DNA of 63,459 bases, the filler included, from Salisapilia sapeloensis CBS 127946 (Eukaryota > Protista > Oomycota): the NCBI GenBank assembly GCA_023334545.1. It is 11 parts of 11 records of this genome, joined end to end, with 100 filler letters (N's around TTAATTAATTAA, not from the genome) between each part and the next. Parts side by side here need not be neighbours in the genome. Positions count along the whole stretch, not along the records: positions 59,557 to 60,815 come from JAADVB010001226.1; positions 60,916 to 62,274 come from JAADVB010001178.1; positions 62,375 to 63,459 come from JAADVB010001315.1; 8 more parts are not named here. The stretch is one strand, 5' to 3'. The notes under the pieces are model-generated. The model ran no database searches. It saw only the letters and a program-made list of their open reading frames with translations, and was not told the origin of the DNA. Position 1 is the stretch's first letter. Every line of letters starts with the position of its first letter. Of the stretch, positions 59,557-63,459 are shown one piece after another. The translations under genes were made by a program, and so were the position numbers.

Positions 59557-59985
59557 AAAGGATACGGCGGGTATGGCGGCTGGAACAAGGACGATGGAAT
59601 GATGGGCCACCACCAGCATCACCACGGCAAGGGATACGACGGGTACAATGATGATGAAAAAGATGCAGATTATGAGAAGGATGTCGAGTATGAAAGTGAA
59701 GAAAATGACTACGAAAGCGAGGATAAGGACGAGTATGATAGCTATGACGGTGAAAAAGTCGAGGCTTGGGGCGACTGCACGAACATGAAGTACTGTGTCG
59801 AAGACTACAAGTGTATTGTGCAGTCCGACTACTATGCTCAGTGCATGCCGTATGAATTGGAAGCGGAAGCTCTGTGTGGACAGACGGGTGAGCAGAACTG
59901 GGATTACGCCGAGGGATGCCCCGAAGGGTACGAATGCAAGGCTCGTTATGATGGTGACAAGGATCTCCGCTGCCTCGCTTACTAG
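59557..59985 (+). CDS. 5'-truncated Gly/Tyr/His/acidic-rich protein with two C-terminal CBM1-like modules
   Basis: The frame is open from the contig start (KGYGGYGGWNK...), then AWGDC..C..DYKCIVQSDYYAQC and LCGQ...GCPEGYEC...RC. Confidence 0.7.
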   Translation, partial: KGYGGYGGWNKDDGMMGHHQHHHGKGYDGYNDDEKDADYEKDVEYESEENDYESEDKDEYDSYDGEKVEAWGDCTNMKYCVEDYKCIVQSDYYAQCMPYELEAEALCGQTGEQNWDYAEGCPEGYECKARYDGDKDLRCLAY

Positions 59986-60815
59986 GCCATAGGAATCGCC
60001 ACGCATTCTGCTATCAACCAACCGTTTTACTCTTTTCTAGGTGTCGAGGGTTTGAAGAAGTATAGGAATACCATTCGCTAACTCCAATGCAAACACTCTA
60101 ACTGCATTTGAATCCTTATAAACTGTTCCATTATAAACCCTTGATAGCTTAAGCTGCCAGCAGTAGGAAGTTCATAAAGTAGACTTTTGTACTAGGCTTA
60201 AGCTCAATGCTTTTTGTCGGTGATCGTCTAAGCGCCACTTATGAGGACGAGACCCATACACTGGAGTGTTGCCGGCTAAAACAATGGACCCACAATGAAT
60301 ATTCCCTCGTCTACCGTCGTTTTGGCATCCTTTGGGTACGCCTGCGTATTCGAAAAAATGTGAATAGCTGAACAAACTTTCGTCAGAAAGTGAAAGTGTC
60401 ACCATGATGCGGCTACTCATCTACTCTCAAGAATTTTGAGCCCATATCGCGGAGCTCATGGGTCAGATTCGTGTGAAGGTAACTAACAAAGCAGGTGTCC
60501 GTGACAACATACAGGACCAAAGGGGAATACAATTCAAATCCGGAGTTTGGAGCGGTATCGTCACCAGATTACTGGTAACGTGATTCTTTTGTATTCGCCG
60601 AAAATAGCATTGAATTAGCTTAAGCCGCCATTAACGGGAGGGCCCGGACAAACCTCAGAGAGCTACTAACTACTAAAAGCAGCTCTTTGACACCAAATGA
60701 AAATGCCACTAGGTTTAGAGTCTGCTAGAGTGGCGTAGCGGCATATGCTACTGCCAGGGACGCTACCTTCATTCTACCACTCAGATGATAAGCTTGTTCA
60801 CCGGGAAACACAAAA

Positions 60816-60915
60816 NNNNNNNNNNNNNNNNNNNNNNNNNNNNNNNNNNNNNNNNNNNNTTAATTAATTAANNNNNNNNNNNNNNNNNNNNNNNNNNNNN
60901 NNNNNNNNNNNNNNN
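60816..60915. other. Artificial contig spacer
   Basis: N44-TTAATTAATTAA-N44. Confidence 0.99.
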
Positions 60916-61056
60916 GGGATGCTTGGATGCTTCTCGAATTGCCGAGTGCACGCGTCCCATTCAAATTCGCAGTGAGTACATGCTTCCTTTTCGTGTACGT
61001 TTAGAATAGCCAGTCTTACTGTGCTTGAGGCTGCCTTGTTTGACCTTCCTGCTTGG
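60916..61056 (+). repeat. Terminal inverted repeat arm D1 (141 bp, perfect)
   Basis: Exact reverse complement of 62134-62274. Confidence 0.97.
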
Positions 61057-61346
61057 ATTGACTTGCATGATCTTATCCGATGTAACTCTATACACACGTG
61101 CGTTTGACGTTTTCGGTTTCTTGTAGAGAGCGTGCTGAAAGCTAATTCGTGTGAACTAGGGCCCATTTCTCTTCTGATTCTCTTGACAATCTATTTCCAG
61201 CTACAGCTTGTTGTACTGCTTGAATCATGCTTCGGTATGAAAGCGTGTTGTCCATGACGCAGCGTCACACATGGAAAAGCGCAAAGCAGAGCCTGATCCA
61301 CCTTGCACTTCCAGATCTTCATCCACTGGCTCAGAATTGAATTAGC

Positions 61347-62174
61347 ATGATCATGTCAAAGACATTTTATCCGACAACAGAATACACTCCTCATTCTGTG
61401 ATACGGAGTCCGCGTGCGGATGAAAGTGCCGCGTTTCCTCATACCACGGGCGTGGTATACGCTCCGTTCATCAAAGCGATATCGCATAGGCAGCCTTCTT
61501 GCGGTACACAAGAACCTGTCTATGTTTCTTTCATGCACTCGCTTGCACGAGCTGAGTCGGCTCATGCATTTGAGCTTCTGCCATTGTCTTCAGCTGTGAA
61601 AGCCAATGCAGTCCAGAATACTACATTGCCAACAGTGCCGGTTCTATTCAACGCTTCTTCACCTACTACACCAGACTATGTGATTCGGACATGGAGACCG
61701 ATACAACCTTTGTTGAAAGCGCATATAGAGGATGCGAACTGCTCCGGTCAAGAGAGTCATTTTCATGCGTCAACCATACTCGAAAGGCAAGCACCTTTAC
61801 CGAAGCCCAACCGACGAAAGCAGCTTCGGCGCAGAACGACAGTCAAACAGTGCGAATATGAGAACTGTGGTAAGCGTGCTAAAAAAGGAGGATTCTGTAT
61901 TGGACACGGTGGAGGAATGCGGTGCAACTACGAGGGGTGCAAAAAGCATGTCGTAAGCAGAGGTCACTGCATACAACACGGTGGCGGCAAGCCTTGTCAT
62001 GAGAGAGGATGTACCAACGCTTCTCGTCGAAATGGTGTCTGCTGGTCTCATGGAGGCAAGCGCCTATGTAAATACGATGGATGCAGCAAAAGTCCTAAAA
62101 CTCGTGGTTACTGTATCTACCACCGACGCCATGCCAAGCAGGAAGGTCAAACAAGGCAGCCTCAAGCACAGTAA
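61347..62174 (+). CDS. C-x4-C-x9-C-x2-H-GGG zinc-finger repeat protein (the family often labelled 'WRKY19-like' in oomycetes; no WRKY domain)
   Basis: Four tandem repeats: CEYENC..GGFCIGHGGG, CNYEGC..RGHCIQHGGG, CHERGC..NGVCWSHGG and CKYDGC..RGYCIYH. Confidence 0.85.
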   Translation: MIMSKTFYPTTEYTPHSVIRSPRADESAAFPHTTGVVYAPFIKAISHRQPSCGTQEPVYVSFMHSLARAESAHAFELLPLSSAVKANAVQNTTLPTVPVLFNASSPTTPDYVIRTWRPIQPLLKAHIEDANCSGQESHFHASTILERQAPLPKPNRRKQLRRRTTVKQCEYENCGKRAKKGGFCIGHGGGMRCNYEGCKKHVVSRGHCIQHGGGKPCHERGCTNASRRNGVCWSHGGKRLCKYDGCSKSPKTRGYCIYHRRHAKQEGQTRQPQAQ

Positions 62175-62274
62175 GACTGGCTATTCTAAACGTACACGAA
62201 AAGGAAGCATGTACTCACTGCGAATTTGAATGGGACGCGTGCACTCGGCAATTCGAGAAGCATCCAAGCATCCC
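62134..62274 (-). repeat. Terminal inverted repeat arm D2 (overlaps the last 13 codons and the stop of the zinc-finger gene)
   Basis: Exact reverse complement of 60916-61056. Confidence 0.97.
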
Positions 62275-62374
62275 NNNNNNNNNNNNNNNNNNNNNNNNNN
62301 NNNNNNNNNNNNNNNNNNTTAATTAATTAANNNNNNNNNNNNNNNNNNNNNNNNNNNNNNNNNNNNNNNNNNNN
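62275..62374. other. Artificial contig spacer
   Basis: N44-TTAATTAATTAA-N44. Confidence 0.99.
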
Positions 62375-63459
62375 CGATCTACATCACTCTTTATCGCATC
62401 TCAGAATGGTCACTTGGATGTGGTGCGATTCTTAGTGGAGTCAGGTGCGGATGTGGATGCGGCTAATAAGAATGGAGCGACATCACTCTTTATCGCATCT
62501 CAGAATGGTCACTTGGATGTGGTGCGATTCTTAGTGGAGTCAGGTGCGGACATTCAAGCAAATGATTTCAACGGTAGGACGGCATTGTGGCACGCTATCT
62601 CAAATGAGCGATACATCGTAGCAAGGCACCTTGTACTGGCAGGGGCACGAGTCATGCACACAAACCAGCAAACAAACTTTCATGAAGTGGAGAAATTTGT
62701 AGAGTTTGCCATCGAGAAGGCAGACAAGAAACTCGTGCAATTGCTATTAGAAGAAAATGTTTGCTCAGATCCGTCGAGTGAGCAACGGGGAAGTCTTTTC
62801 TGCCATGCTACCCGAGGTGGCAACCTTGAGATAATAGACCTTTTGCTTAAGTATTGCCCGTCGCTAAAGGAGATGAGCAAGTATCGTTTGTTGCATTTGT
62901 GCAAGGATGATAGGATTGGCGGGCAACTTCTTCAGCACGGCTACCACTATGCAGAACGAGATGAAGATGGCCGCGATGCACTACTTTATCAGGCACTATC
63001 TGGAAATACTGCTATGGTGCAACTTTTGCTGAATTATAGTACGCCAGTTGACAATATTGACCGGCAAGGACAGACAGCACTTCATCTTTGTCAAAACATG
63101 GAAATCGCAAAGCTACTTGTAAATGCTGATGCATCATTGGAAGCATGTGATGCTAGTGGGAATACGCCGCTGCTGTCACATATTAGGGCCGGATCGACAG
63201 ATATGGATGACGTCGACTCACATGAAGACATTTTTAAGGTTGTACGCTTCCTACTGGAACATGATGCAGACGTGTCAGTACAGAACAACGAAGGGCGTAT
63301 CGCGTTGTCGAAAGTCATGGCTCTGCAGCCTCCAAATGCGGAGAGAATAGCCCAGGAGCTTCTTAATTATGAAAGTCCTGTTAATCAGGCTGATACTGAT
63401 GGTTTTACACCATTACATTTTGCGAGAACGGTATCAATTACCAATCTTCTGGTTCAGAA
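62375..63459 (+). CDS. Ankyrin-repeat protein, open at both ends (missed by the ORF track)
   Basis: The frame from 62375 is open to the window end: TSLFIASQNGHLDVVRFLVESGAD x2, GRTALWHA, GQTALHLC, GNTPLL and GFTPLHFA. Confidence 0.9.
62381..62550 (+). repeat. 99-bp-period near-identical ankyrin duplication
   Basis: 62381-62451 is identical to 62480-62550. Confidence 0.95.

Noticed and set aside
31876-63459. Apparent cluster of secreted and receptor genes
   Set aside because: The genes sit on separate contigs joined artificially, so their adjacency is not evidence of a cluster.

Overview
Eukaryotic DNA, most likely from an oomycete. This is inferred from oomycete-type gene families, short GT-AG introns of about 52-65 nt, and INR+FPR core promoters. 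It is not one locus: 11 contigs are joined by ten artificial 100-bp spacers (44 N + TTAATTAATTAA + 44 N), so adjacency across spacers means nothing. The first contig (1-31775) is gene-dense: eEF1B-gamma, TSR3, an atypical TEH-motif MAP kinase, histidinol dehydrogenase, a GH1 beta-glucosidase, an EamA transporter, a bZIP-like factor, a 2473-aa four-repeat cyclic-nucleotide-gated K+-type channel, a RalGAP-alpha-like RapGAP with an embedded RGS domain, an EF-hand protein and the 5' end of a catalase. The shorter contigs carry a receptor-like TKL kinase with a duplicated ectodomain, two Cys-repeat secreted proteins, PX-like proteins, a DHHC palmitoyltransferase, an LRR surface protein, a DAG-lipase-like gene, a CBM1-like wall protein, a zinc-finger repeat protein and an ankyrin protein. 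The most striking structural signal is that four contigs begin and end with an exactly 141-bp perfect inverted repeat, consistent with a k=141 assembler breaking at inverted-repeat arms. In one of them the arm carries the N-terminal coding region of an LRR surface protein with two different continuations, which makes it a candidate invertible or gene-converted cassette. This is a hypothesis that needs long reads. No rRNA, tRNA or CRISPR array was recognised. All family calls come from motif recognition by eye; no database search was run.
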